NCBI GenBank assembly: GCA_001179505.1
Contig: CDMY01000954.1
Coordinates: 62,001-126,000, forward strand
From: Vitrella brassicaformis CCMP3155
Taxonomy: Eukaryota > Protista > Chromerida
Direction: 5' to 3'
Length of the DNA stretch: 64,000 nt
The notes beneath the pieces are model-generated. The model saw only the letters and a list, made by a program, of their open reading frames with translations, was not told the DNA's origin and searched no databases. Below are positions 35,350 to 48,300 of this stretch, piece by piece; the stretch's first letter is position 1; each line of letters starts with the position of its first letter. Made by a program: the position numbers and the translations under genes.

Positions 35350-36809
35350 TCATGCGGCTGGGTCTCCATATCTCTCCAATCTCGCGTCCACCACCGAACA
35401 CAGATCAGTCAGTCGGCCCCCAGTCGGCCCGCCGTCCATCAGACGTCCGTCGAAGACCCACTCTATCGACAAGTCACCGCGGCCGGCGATATCCCCATCG
35501 AAGCCCTCGCCCGCCGGCCCCAGACAAACCGACTCCACGCCGTCACTTGCCGAGGTCGTGTCTTGGTAGAGCCTCACCTCCACCATCGAGCCGAACTGAG
35601 GGAGCCGAATGGCTGGGCTGTCAATCAGGAGGGCGCTCTGCAGGGCCAGGAGGGTTGAGTCGTGGCCAACCAACAAACCGAACCTGACAAAACGATCCAG
35701 AGAGCACTGGAGGTGCCCACACACACGTGCCCTCCTGGATGCGATGCTGTATACCTGGTCGCCTCTGCTGAGCTGTGGACGTGTGTGAAGGTGTCGCACA
35801 CGTATTTCATCAGCGAGCCGGCGGCGAACCAAGAGAGCTTCTCCCCCTCATACAGACGCGACAGGTAGGCCCTCGCCCCCTCCCGCACACCCGCCAGCTC
35901 TTCCTCAGACATAGCCACCGGCAGCTTGATGGAATGGTACTCGTAGGCGCCAATCACAGAACGAAGCTTCCGCACCACAGAGAGGTCCCCCTCATGCTCG
36001 TCCAGGGCCAGCACACGATTGGCCAGGCGGATCTCGCGGTCGAATTGCCGTGCGAGGTGTTGCCATTCGGGGCTGCGCTTCTTGTCTTTGAGCAGTTGCT
36101 TGGCCCGCCTCGACTTGTACCCCCGCAGCAGGGGGTCATGCCCAGTGCCGTTGTATGTGTGGACACAGCGGCGGACGTGCCGACACAGATCACCCATCTC
36201 CTCTCCCCCTCCCAAGGCGCACTCGTCATGGCCGAACCAGCCCGCCGCAATGGCAACTGCAGTCTCGTTGGCCCGGTCACTCTCACTGCTGCGGACATAC
36301 AGCCTCGCCGACTCATCCGTTTGATCCCAATCAGCAGCATCTCGGCTCACGCCAAGCGACTCGGCATAGGTGACGCCAAGCAGTCTTCCCAGCATGGTCG
36401 CGTCATGAACACCGGCAGCTGTCAGAGATAAGGGAGGCCGTGAGAAGGGCCACGCTGCGGAGTCGTTTCCTGTCGATGTGATGAAGGCCGTGCTTGGTGC
36501 CCTTGCCGTGTGCCGCAGCAGGACGATGGATGCCTTTAGCTGCCGCGAGATTCCGCCACGAACGAGCCCCATAAACAAGGCAAACACAGTCGAGAGCAGT
36601 AACATCAAGGCGCCACAACCTGCAGATCTCTCTGCACGACGCCAGGAAGCGAGATGATAAGACGTGCGCGCTCGGATCCGCTTGACACCCGCACCCACAC
36701 CATCATCATCTCCGTCATCACCACCACCTCGTTCGTCATCAGCGATGTTCCCTCGCGGTGATGGGCCGCTTTGGTGCGAGGCGGGAGTGACGACGTGCAG
36801 GTCCCTCAA
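35350..36809 (-). CDS. Histidine acid phosphatase (His_Phos_2 branch), type II membrane-anchored; 5' exon unresolved
   Basis: TM ALMLLLSTVFALFMGLV followed by VLLRHTARAP (RHGxRxP variant), LYVRSSESDRANETA and C-terminal LLVGHDSTLLALQSAL...PQFGSMVEVRLY. Confidence 0.85.
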
Positions 36810-37283
36810 GGGGTAACTCTATCTTGAGTCGACAAGAGGGCATGCACTCATGAGTATCTCCGACTCGAGCAGCTGATCTGTCTGTGACGACACACAGGTA
36901 GGGAAAGAAGAGAGCGATGATTGTCATTGGATGAATCCTTTCAGCCCATCTCCCCTGTCTGTCTGTCCTTGTGCATCCGCCATACCTAATCGCTCCTTCG
37001 ACAGCGTCACTTGACCGCATGATCGACGACAGAGCCGCACTTTGGTGACAGATCTTCACCTGCTGAGGCCTTCTGCACCAGCTGCCTCACTCCACCGGCC
37101 TCTTTTGTTCCTTCCCTCCCGCCGATCGACGCTTGCGAGCTCTTGAGTTGTCGAGTGCGTTCCCGCTTCGTTCGGTCGTTTCGGAGCTGTGTATGTGCCT
37201 TCCCGACGCCGAGGGGAAGCTCTGCTCTGAAGTCGAAGCGTCGCGATTCATCGGTGTGGGTATGTGATTGCACATTGGAGGCG

Positions 37284-39029
37284 ATGGCCAGTGGAGAGGA
37301 TGGAGGCCGCCATCGTGCTCATCACACGGCTAACGTGATGGATCAGCAGATGCAGGGGAGCGGCCAGCGGCATGGCAACAGCAGCTCCATGGCCATGACG
37401 CCCATCAATGCGGCGGAGAGGGCCGTGGTGATGCAATCGTCGGATGAAAAGGTGAGCAAGAGCTGACGGCAGATATACGTGGATCCGTCCTCTTCTCGCG
37501 TCCGTCAGGAAGCCGTCCACTACGGGGCGCTGCACAAGGTTGCCAAACAAACCCCAACGGTAGGCCACCAACACCAAGACTCCCCCGGGATGCACTCCAC
37601 CGCTCCCCACGCGTCTTACACAGGAGAAGGAGGCGTCAGTACGGGCTGTGCGTGAGGGCCACTCCCGTGAAGTGTCAGACCTGCAGGCCCGCCGCAGCGC
37701 CGAGACCACGGCCAGATGTGCGACGGAGATCTGGCGGCAGGAGGTGGATGAAGGAGGTGAGAGGGCTCAGCGGATGGCCATGGAGGCTGCGGTTCGTGAG
37801 ATGGAGGCCAGTCGCATGGCGCAGAGAGACCAGGCAGTCAAGGACAGCACACAACACAAACACGCCAAGGTACAGTGCCCACCACACGAACCCACCACCA
37901 GCAGCACGTCTGTTGATCCATCTCTCCGCGTGTGTGTGTCCGCGAGTGTGCAGGAGAGGCAGCGTTCGTTGGAGCTGCAGAGCAACCCCATCCGTCTGCA
38001 TCGACTGACGGAGCGGCACGACCTCCACGTAGACATCGACACCTACCTCGCCCCGCCACCCGACAGCTCGCTCCCCACACCAGCACCCCTGCAGCCCTAC
38101 CAACCGCCCCACAAGCACGACAGCGACCAGGAGGAGGGCGTGCCCAATGTGCGGCGGGGCGAGAGGGGCAAGCGGATGCTGGGAGGGGGTGGGCAAGTGG
38201 AGAGGTGGGATGACCAGCCGATGACATCACGCAAGCTGCACCAGGGTGGGCTGGGAGGGATGTGTGTGGGAGAAACGATGGATTCCCATGCACTGCCTTC
38301 ATGTGTCTGTCGATGTCTGTTGACGCAGATACGTCGGAGAGGAATGTGGAGCAGGTCATGTCGCCGGCGGCCGAGGAGCAGATCAAGACCGTCCGTGACG
38401 CCCCCCTCAAGTCATCCGGGAGACGCATGATAGGCGCCACAGCGACTGGCCGCCATCGCCGGCTGCAGCTGGAGGCTGACATAGGCATAGAGATGGAGCC
38501 ACCCACACGGTCGGCACAGCCACGCACGCTCAACACAGGTACGCCCACCATCAAGGAGACGGTGTGACCGCACAGGCTCTGTCCTTTCCTTGTGGGTGGA
38601 TCAGGTGAGCCTGTGGTGCCCGACAAGATGGATCACACGCCCCTGGCCCCACAGCAGCGGCAGACCCATCGCACCCGGCTGCAGACACTTCCTCTCCCCG
38701 ACAGGCCGGCGCCGCCTTCAGTGTCGTCATCCGCCAACAATCCGTGTCTGCCACCGATGCCCAACTTCCCGCCCCCACGGCTCGATGACGCCGACCAGCA
38801 TCCACTGCACGAAACCAGACCGCCGACGGCAGTGCTAGAGCGAGGATGCCAGCAGCAGAAGGGTCAGGAGGGAGAGAACGCCAAGGCGCTGCGTGGACAC
38901 AAGAGGCCCGACCTTGTGGAGACCCCTCCCGTCAGCCGACTGACGCAGCCCGTCGTCACCAGCCCCATAGCTGCCAAGGGCACGTCGGTGGGTGGGGTGA
39001 AGCCACACAAGGGCGGGGCGGCTACGTAG
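37284..39029 (+). CDS. Hypothetical coiled-coil / low-complexity protein (may extend to about 39448)
   Basis: Coding-like ORFs 37143-37466, 37648-38430, 38262-38567 and 38592-39029 with plausible GT-AG introns. No family motif. Confidence 0.5.
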
Positions 39030-39704
39030 CGTCAGAGGCTTCGTAGCGGTGGCCACCGGGGCTCGCCCGTCGACGGCAGATCTGCCCGCCGGCCGCCAGC
39101 TGCTGGGGGTGGGTGGTGCGCTCGCCGGTGCTGCCTGTGCCAGAGGACCTTGCAGAGGCCAACCACTCGGTCGTCACGTCCCAAGGCGACGGAAGCCAGA
39201 CACAGACACACCAGCAGCTGCGGCAGGAGGTCGGGGCAGCGGCAGGCAAGAAGGCCAAGGCCAAGGCCACGTCGCGTGTGTCTTGCAAGGGCGTCAGCGG
39301 CAGTGCCAAGGCCCGGCCGAGTGGTCAGCATTGGCCCGACACCGACAGCATCTTCGGCAGCCGGTGGGGCAATCCCTTCACGGGCACCACTGCATCACAC
39401 GTGGGCAGCCGGGGGCAGTGTGGGCCGCCGGGTATGTTAGAAGGGTAGGGGCACTCGAGTTGATGGTGATGAGTCGAGCGAGAGTGCTCAGATGCGTGGG
39501 GGCAGTGTCGGGATGGGCGCGGGGCGGGGGCGACCAATGGTGCGTAAGGAGGAGGAGGATGGGCAGAGAAACACGCCACTGGCTGACAGACTGCCACAGG
39601 TAAATAGACACATGGGAGAGAAGACGAATGTGAATACTGCCATGACACTCCTTTGGTTTACGTCTTGTCAGGGTGTCGGGTGTGATGGACATCCGCCCTC
39701 TGCA

Positions 39705-42700
39705 ATGCCCCATCCCATAGCTGGTGCCCTCACCCCGCCACGCGAGCCCATCCCCAAAGCCAAGCGACCACCCGCAGCCGCAAACAGTGCCAGCCAACAA
39801 ATCCGCTCCACGCCCCACTCCCCGGCAGACCCCTTCATACACTCCCCGACTGTCCGCTGCCTGCGCCGGCAGATGGAGGCTGGTGCCACGGGCGCCTACA
39901 CGGCTCGCGAGCGGCACCAGCCGCCCCCGCCGCCCAGGGGCGCCCCCTCGCCCACACCGCTACAGCGTGACGCCAGCGGGGGTGAGGGCGGGCAGAGACA
40001 CATCGGCATGGCGCTGACACACCAAGAGGACCGGTGAGGAAAATCAGACAACTCGACGGGCCCCGCACATCATTGTCTCTGTTGTGGCTGTTCAGTGGTG
40101 CGTTGACGACTCGCGATTCGATTAAGATTGCCCGCCCGATCATCCCTCGCGCACGTTCCCTTGTCAAGAATAAGTCACCCATTATCCAGCTGCTGCTGCA
40201 GCAGCAGCAGCAGGAGGAGGAGGAGGTGAATCTGATGCGCTCCGTCCCCCTCCGTCTTTTAGCCCAGCCTTCAGACCTCTCTGTTGGTCTGGATGCGTTT
40301 GTGCCGGCGAGGGGCAATCTGGAACCGTATGGTGCACCCAAAGGCGACCCGATCAGCTCGACGCCGAACAGGCCGGTACGCCACACCCACATACACAAAC
40401 TAACATGACAATGCACACATACCGTGAAATGGTCCTCTGTGTGTGTGTGTTCAGACGGTTGTCATTCCGCCCCTCTTAGCTCTGCCCGAGTCACTGTTCG
40501 TTGCCCACATCTCGCCCCTCCTGGGCACCAAACCGATCATCGCCGCCCTCGGCCCCGCCCACCGGCAGATGCACAAGATCTCCCGTTCCCCGCAGACGCA
40601 CACCACGCTCCATCTGTCGCGAGGGGACCTCCGCAAGACCATCACCAACAGGCAGATGGCTGCATGGTGGCCGTCATTCAGCAAGGTCAGGCGGGCCACC
40701 CTCAGGTGCGCGCCCACAACGGGCGTCGTGGAGCTGATCGAGAATGCCAGTCAGACGCTGGAGGTGCTGCAGGGCGGGTGCTGGTGTCGGTGTCGGTCAG
40801 AGTGCGGCTGCCGACCATCAGCCTGCGAAAGTCCGCAGGACTGGCTGAGGCGCCGGCAGCTCATGGGTCCGCGCCGCTCGCGGATGGCCATGACCTTCCC
40901 CAAGCTGACGCGCGTCAAGGCGGCGGGGGGGTGGGTCTGCGTCGCGGGCTTCAGGCGATGGGCATTTAGGTAAGCCACATAGGTAATGAGTGGGCGGGTG
41001 GGTGGCTGGGTTCTTGACATGGTTGTATGTGTGTGGTGGCCGTCTGACTGTCAGGGCGCTGGTAGAGATTGACCTCAGTGCGACCGACTTCGACGACAAC
41101 CGCTGGCTGCCCCACTGGCTGCCGAAGGCCAAGGAGAGCGTGACTGAGACCGCCAAGGAGCGCCCGAGGGCGAAGATGACGCTCGAGGCTTATGACCTCA
41201 CGCAGCCGCTGTCGGACGCCGTCAAACCCTTCATCAAGTGAGGATGAATGCGATGAGTGAATGGATCAAGAGACCACATTGATAGGTGGGGGGATGCACC
41301 GTGTCCTTCTTGTCCGTGTGTGGGTCTTCCAGGCGTCTGTCGGTGCGAGTGGAGGGGTTCGGGCCACCTCAAGTACATGGACGCCACCTCGATGGATTGC
41401 AGCTGGAGGAGCTGAATCTGAGAGTGTTTCCACGACCGACGTTCACCTGGATTCTCACCTACAATCTGACTGCAGCTGGGGAGCTCAATCTGAGCCCCCT
41501 GCCGATCTTCACCGACAGACTGATACAGGTGGGTCATGAGAGCGGGAAAGGACGTCACCCCTTAATCAAGACAGTTGACGCACCGCATGCACTGATTGTG
41601 TGTGGCAGTATTTGGAGGACGTGCCGCCCACGTGTGTGCCCACTGGCAACCTCACATTCGACTGGAGTGACTGCAAGCACCCGGAAGGGAGAGAAGTCAC
41701 CTTCGAGCTCGTCCCCCAACTGGATCGCCTTCGACAACACCCATACGGCACTCGCATCCTGGCCGCGGTGGCATCGGCGGCCACGTGCGTCGAGCTGCTC
41801 TCTGGGCTGGGCTATGGGGAGACAGTGCCGGATGTGGTGTTAGAGCGAATGGCGCGGATCGTGTTTTCGAATGCGACCATGGTGAAGCTGTGGCCTGACT
41901 CGCACCGTGACTCAGAGCCTCTTCCTGACGCTTTTGTGTCGCGCCTGTCTGCCCGCATGTTCCCACGGGTCACAGCACTGCATGCGGCGAGGAAGGAGCA
42001 CGTCAGAGAGGAGGTAGTTAGGCGGGTCACCAAATTCAGCTCAGTTAGGCAGGTGATCTTTCAGAGGGACGACTTGCCGCCTGTGCGTTTCTTTTTCCCC
42101 CGCTGGCTCATCGCGTGTAGCCCCACCGGCCCTCTGCTTCACATCAACGCCGTCTTTCGTCCGTGTGGTGTGAGCATGCATAGGGGTGGCTGGTCGCTGT
42201 GGGAGGGAGGGGGCGGGGGCGGGGCTTGCATCAGGCAGAGAGTGCGTTCGATCTTCGTTTGTGTGTGTGGGTGTGGGGCGTTTTCGAGAGTGAGAGAGGA
42301 GGAAAGGGGCAGCCAGGGAGGGGGGGCCGACATTCTGTCTGTCTGCCTCCAGGCCATCGCCAAGTGCCCCCTACTTGACGAGATTGGCCTGCGGGACTGC
42401 CCTGGCGATCTCACTGTCGATAGATTAGGGGGCAATACGGAAGTGCAGAGCCGACTACTCAAGGTCGGCTTCTATGCTGTGGAAGAGAGGAAGAAAGGCA
42501 GCAACTGTGGCTACGACAAATCTGTTCGGTTGCTTTCGCTTTTTCCCCGGGGGTTATCCCTGGCTAGGCGCTGCTCGGACCCCTCGCCGTCTGCTGTCCT
42601 CACACCATACACCTCTTTGTACACCTCTATTGATGATGGCTTGTCAGTGCCCGAGGCCCTGCTGGCACACGTGGGGCTGCGGTGCCCGGGGTTCATGGCA

Positions 42701-42784
42701 CGCCAGCTTAGCGAGCGGGTCCAGGAGAAACTGATGGATACGATCAGTGCTGGGTTGAGAGAGCAGAAGGGAGGGAGCAGGTAG
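39705..42784 (+). CDS. Lineage-specific protein with F-box-like motif and LRR-like beta/alpha segments
   Basis: Phase-checked joins at 40034-40095 and 41238-41332 (the apparent stop at 41241 lies inside a GTGAG donor), plus a plausible join at about 41529-41608. F-box-like PPLLALPESLFVAHISPLLG; LRR-like LVEIDLSA, LEELNLRV and LLDEIGLRDC. Start codon uncertain. Confidence 0.55.
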
Positions 42785-43238
42785 CCTTTGGCACACTGTG
42801 GGATGGGGCACTTCCTCTCTCCCTCTGTGCCCCGCATCTGGCTCCCCTTCTGGCTCCTCTCTCCAGCTGAGAGAATGCCTGAGCGACTGCATGAATCGTA
42901 TGTGTGTGGGTGTGGGTGTCTCCCTTGGACGTGTGTGTGCGTGTACATGTGCGTGCCTCTGTGGACAGATGGATGGATGGATAAGTGTCGGTAGCAGTGC
43001 ATGCCTATGATGCCTTTGTGTGTACTGAATGCATTCACACAAAGACTGTCCACCAGACAGCAGAACGTATTCATTTGTCAGGAATCATCGCGTCCACACA
43101 GACATGCAACACGACAAAAAGAAGAGCATTCAAAATTGGCCCATCTCCCGCACCATACACCTGTCCTCATCACCGATCCATCGTTGTCTTCACAAGGGAG
43201 GGCACTCCCTACTCGCCAACATCCATCTCCCCCGCCCC

Positions 43239-45038
43239 TCAGTCGATGTCCAGTGACACAAACAGGCCGGTCGTCTTGTCGATTCGCCCCAGCTGCTGCC
43301 ACGAGAATCGGCAGTCCTGATCGCCCAGATGCTCGTTGAAGCCCTTGACCACACCCACCAGACCCGGCTCGTCCAGCCGGGCCCTGTGCACCACCTCACG
43401 CACACCCACACGGCCCCGTGTGTGGACCACCTGGTGTGGGCGGCTGTCGGCCCTGATGGCGAAGCACTGCAGCGGCACACGCACCATCACGCCGCCCACA
43501 CTAGCCATGCCGCCCACCACCTCCCTGTTGGTGCTCGTCTGTGTGGCCGCCGACTTGACGAAGTGGGCGACGGCCGCACTCACACGGCGCCTCAGCTGCG
43601 ACTCGCCGGTGAGGTACTCGTCGATAGCCGCTGCAGCAGCGGGGGGCTCGTGCAGGAAGGCGCCGATCTTCCATGCGATGGCCTCTGCCTCGTGTGGGCC
43701 GAATGCCATGTTGGATGGGGAGGGGTGGGGGTGGGCGCCGTCGTGGTGGGGGGCGAGGGGCAGCAGACGGGTAAGGAGCATCGAGTGGTCACGCTGGGGG
43801 GCGAGGGCGGCGTTGATGGCTGACATGACGGCCTCGGACAGCTCAGCCAGCACTGTGGTGTACTCGAACAACATCAGTCGGCGAGAACGGCGCTGCCTCT
43901 CGGTGGCGGTGGGCATGCGGGCGATGGATGGGGCCGCCCCGCCCCGCAGCAGCACACCGATGGTGGTCTTCAACCTGCGGATCTCTCTTCTGGTCTCCGA
44001 CGCATAAAGCCCCGAGCCTGCATAGTGGCGCGGCTGCAGCTCCTGCTGTTCGATGGCATCATCACACTGATTGGCAGCGACGGCGAGTGGTGTATCGGGC
44101 TGGTTGGGCTTCCCTCTGTTGACGTCGTCAGCTGTGAGCTGGCGGCACAGCCAACGAGCCACACGGTAGGAGCCATGCCGTGCCGCCTCGTGCAGTGGCG
44201 TGCAGCCCATGGTGTCTGTTGCCTTCATGTCGGCTCCGTGGCTGGTGATGAAGGTGAGGTACGCGTCGATGAAGGACTGGGAGAACAGGCAGGGAAGGTG
44301 CCTGGCTGCCAAATGCACCAGACCGCGTCCACCAGCCCGCCCAATCGAATGCTTCTCGGCTAATGCAGACCGCTCCGCTGCGAGTGTGCTGTCGTGTTGG
44401 ATTAGCCGACGGTAGATTGACATGAGAATGTCCTCACACTCACGAGTGGGGGGAGGGGCAGCACCGTCGATGTAGGGAAGCTGCATCACCAGTGGCACCA
44501 ATCTCCGCACGTCGACCTGACGCGCCAGGAGGGCCTCGACTGCCGTCAGGCTGCGCGCACGAATCGCCACATGGAGGGGCCTGTCCTCGTTGATGTCCGC
44601 CCCGCCGTCGATGAGTGCGTTGATGACGTCACGCTGCAGCTGACGGGAGGACCACTGCGGTAGGACGACGCATATCTTGCACAGCGCGACATATTTTTAC
44701 ACATATCTTCGAGCTGCAGCAGAGAGGAATGGGTAGTTTGTTGGGCTGTCGATGGCGAAAGACAGGCATCTCTGTCGACAGCCCGATGGGACCTCTCCTT
44801 CGGGAAACCGCTGGTGGCAGAGGCCGCCGGTGGCTCTCGGGTCGGCTCCTTGGCGGATCAGCTGTGTGACTTGGGCGGCTTCCGTGAACGTGCGCCGAAT
44901 GCAGCCCTCCAACAGCCGTCGACTGACAGGACTGACACCCTCAACAGGGACAATCTTGACGTCATCCAGCCCCTTGCAGCCGGGCGGGACCTCGGAAGGA
45001 TTTGCTGACGATGCGGCAGAGGACGAGTGGGCCATCAA
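43239..45038 (-). CDS. Ankyrin-repeat protein of an expanded lineage-specific family, interrupted by an in-frame TAA (44697-44699)
   Basis: LIDGGADINEDRPLHVAI, HGADMKATDTMGCTPLHEAARHG and DVNRGKPNQPDTPLAVAA. ORF 44697-45038 is in the same frame as the downstream part. It is either a pseudogene or carries a 27-nt intron. Confidence 0.8.
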
Positions 45039-45399
45039 ACCGAATCACACACCTGCGTGCGTGCCCACACACACACTGGTCATCGTTTCGCCAAATACAA
45101 TGCGAGCTTACTCATACCCCCTGCGAAAAGCCGGCGTCAACTACACATCGTCCGACGTCACGTTCATCTCTGGTCTGCCGTCATCTACTATGGCGGAAAA
45201 AGACGGAGACGCCCCCGAGAATACAGGATGATCAACGAGGAGGAGGACCTCCAACTGCGAAGGTCTGACGGCTGTCCGGAAAGCGAAATGTGTGTGCGGC
45301 GAGATTTTGCGATGAGACGGCGACAAACCTCGCAAAAGATGAAAAGAAGTCTCCCTCGCAATTTCCATCCCCTACCATCCCCTGGCCTTCCAGCCTCTT

Positions 45400-48300
45400 T
45401 TGACCACAGATCCTTCATTTTATGTGGACGCCCTGCCTTATGTGGACCGACCGTCGCCTGCGTTTGCCGCGAGTGGGCGGCATGTGCGTCGCCAGCTGGG
45501 CCGCGCGAGTTGCAGAGCTTCCGGCCAGAGAGGAAAGATGACAGCAGCCGGCGGAGTGGAGAAAGGCGGGCGGCAGGAGTGGGCGGGCATGACCTGTGCG
45601 TGTGACAGTATGCTGTTACAGGGCTGCTGGAGGAGGTGAGAGACAACAGACAGACAGACAGACCGACCGACAGACAGAGAGGCGAAGTCACACACACCTC
45701 TGGCGTCTCTTGTCTGCAGATGGTCATCGCTGTCTTCATTTTATATTTGACGGACGATGTCTCCATTGCCACCGTCAGGGATGTAAAAGATGGACGCACC
45801 TCAGACGATAGACGGAGAGGAGAGGCCATCACAGAGTGTGTATGTGTTTCTGTGTCACCGTCTGCAGATCGCTGCCTCCATCTTATATCTGAAGGACTTA
45901 TATCTGCGAGAGAACAGAAGAGAACGAGAGCCCCAGCCACATGCCCCCCACCCAGCCCCAAAGAAGTCGACCGAGGACACACGCGGCATCTGCCTCCCGG
46001 GCCCATTGTGGTAAGTCTCGATGAGTATGAGGACGACTCCGGCACTCTGCGGATGGCAAAGCCCCACTCTGCGGTTCCCTTGGGCAGCCGAGAGTGGGGC
46101 CACAATAACAACCAAAAGAACAACAAGAAGAACAGGAGGCCACAGCGGCGAGGGGTGCGGACAGGAAAAGGCAAGTCGCGTGAGTAGTAGATGGACGACG
46201 ATGAGGACGACTGGGAGCATAGTCCTGACGGCCACTGGCAGGTTCTCTCCTTGGTATCACAAATCTCTCCTTGGCGTTGAGCGCGGCGGAGGCGGCGAGT
46301 GCCCACTCGACCGACATGTATGTCTGTGTCTGTGTCTGTTGTGTGCAGAGGTGTGGGGCTTAAGCAGTACACCGACCCACGGGCATTTCTCGATCGCCAA
46401 CGTCGTCCCAAGTCCTCCGATCGCAGCTGTGACATGTTTGCCGGCGGTGAGCAAGGACATCACGTATGCACACGCTGCGGCACGTCAAGTCCCTGTCTGT
46501 GTACCTACCTGGGTGCTCATGCGTGCAGGAGCCACCGGCCTTTTTGTCGCCAGCGTCGACTGCTGCAGCATGCTGGAAGTGGACGAGGAGAACAACGAGG
46601 ACAACGGCTACAACAAGCATAACATCCGTGCGCATACACGAATGCTACACACACACACACACATACACATCATATGGATGGATGGATGGATCTGCCCTTA
46701 TATGCACAGGACAGCCCCGTGGTGTGTGTGAGCAGCGACACCACCCTCAGCAAACTATGCAAAGAAAAGATCGTGATGGACTGGTGGACGAGGAAGAGCT
46801 TTTCGGACCGTGACATCGAGATCGTAAAGGTCCATCATCGTGTATGCGCTTGAGCATGAGCCTTTCGAGTATGAGGCTTGTGCAGCAAAAGGGCCATACC
46901 GTCTGTGCGTGTGTGTGTGTGCGTGTGTGTGTGTGCGTGTGTGTGTGTGTGTATTGACCTGTATTCAGCGAAGCGAAGCTTCATATTGCCGTGGGGACCC
47001 TTTTTCCGAGCCAAGGTGTTCGACGATTTGATTTCAACCTGGAGCCCGAACAAATGCAAGAGGGGCCCATCAATGTCTTCGTCGCAGGTCCGGATAACAG
47101 AAATAAAGCAATACTGCATACACACATGCTGCGTCCATGTGCTTGCAGTCGGATTATCACACGAGTCGGCATCGGCTAACTATGACAGTGACGAGGACGC
47201 CAGTACAGCATATACATGCTTACACACACATACATAAACACACATCTGCTCGAGTCTTGTGTGTTGGTGTTGTCTGTCTGTGTCGATACTTACGCTGCCT
47301 CACTCAACCAGAACCAGCATAGCCGTGGGGGCAGCCAGGCTGACAACAGCAACCAGAAGAATAATCGTCCAGACCCACCCGTCAAGAAGGAGGACAAGAA
47401 GGAGGCCAGCGAGGCGCGCTCATCGGCTGGGGCTGGTGCTGGTGGGCAACCTGCCGCTGCTGGTACGAGGGAGGGGGGTTCGCGAGTCGAGACAGAGCCG
47501 CCGGCGTGACGCAGACGATGGGGAGGGCGCCGGTGCGTCGGCAAAAGTGCACGAGTGGTGCCCGTGGGGGCGGGCGCTGGTGTGTGTGGCAATGGGGCCC
47601 GGGCTGGCCCACGGGCATCGGCGAGTGGGGCTGCAGCAGCAGTGGCGGCAGCGGCGCCGTCCCTATCGTCACCGAATCTATCCATGAAAGTCACACACAT
47701 TCATGGGCACACTGGACGCCGTGTGTGGGCTGGGATTGGCTGTGCTTGCATTGCATGCATCAGTGTCTGACGACCAGAGGGGCGGGAAGATGGACGACGA
47801 CGACGACGACGACGACAAGGAATCCGTGTACGGACGGACGACAGGACCACACGTACACGGAAGCTCCGTATCCACACTCATTCATGTTGATGTGTGATGT
47901 GTGTGTGGTGTGTCAGGTCTGCCACAGGGTGACGTCTTCCCCCCTGCAGCAGCAGCAGCGGCAGCGGCAGCGGCAGTAGCCTCGCCGGGACCGCTCGAGA
48001 GCCCCTCCGCCGCCTGCAAGCGCCACTTGATGCTCAAAGGATCCGACTCCCGCAGCGCCTTCCATCGGCTGCCCGAGAACGTCCCGGCCACCTTCGCCCC
48101 CCACCCATCACACCTCTGGCGCGCTGATGCCATGACGGTCACCATCGGCGCCTTCAAGGATGCGCAGGAGGGGGACTACTACGTGCAGTGCACGGCAACG
48201 CCCAAGAAGAAGAAGAAATGTCGGAGCAGGGGTGGGACTTCTCCGATGCGCTCAAGGACAAGGTCACGGATGCGTTGGACGACAGCCGTCCCGACCCGGA

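Noticed and set aside
35220-36809. Phosphatase-rhodopsin fusion protein
   Set aside because: The phosphatase ends with TGA at 35350, and the rhodopsin fragment has a frameshifting duplication. No splice path is evident that skips the stop.
45400-45639. BCAS2/SPF27 spliceosomal protein (VDALPYVD motif)
   Set aside because: Only an 8-residue match. The following sequence does not continue the family pattern in frame, so it is chance or an unrecognisable remnant.
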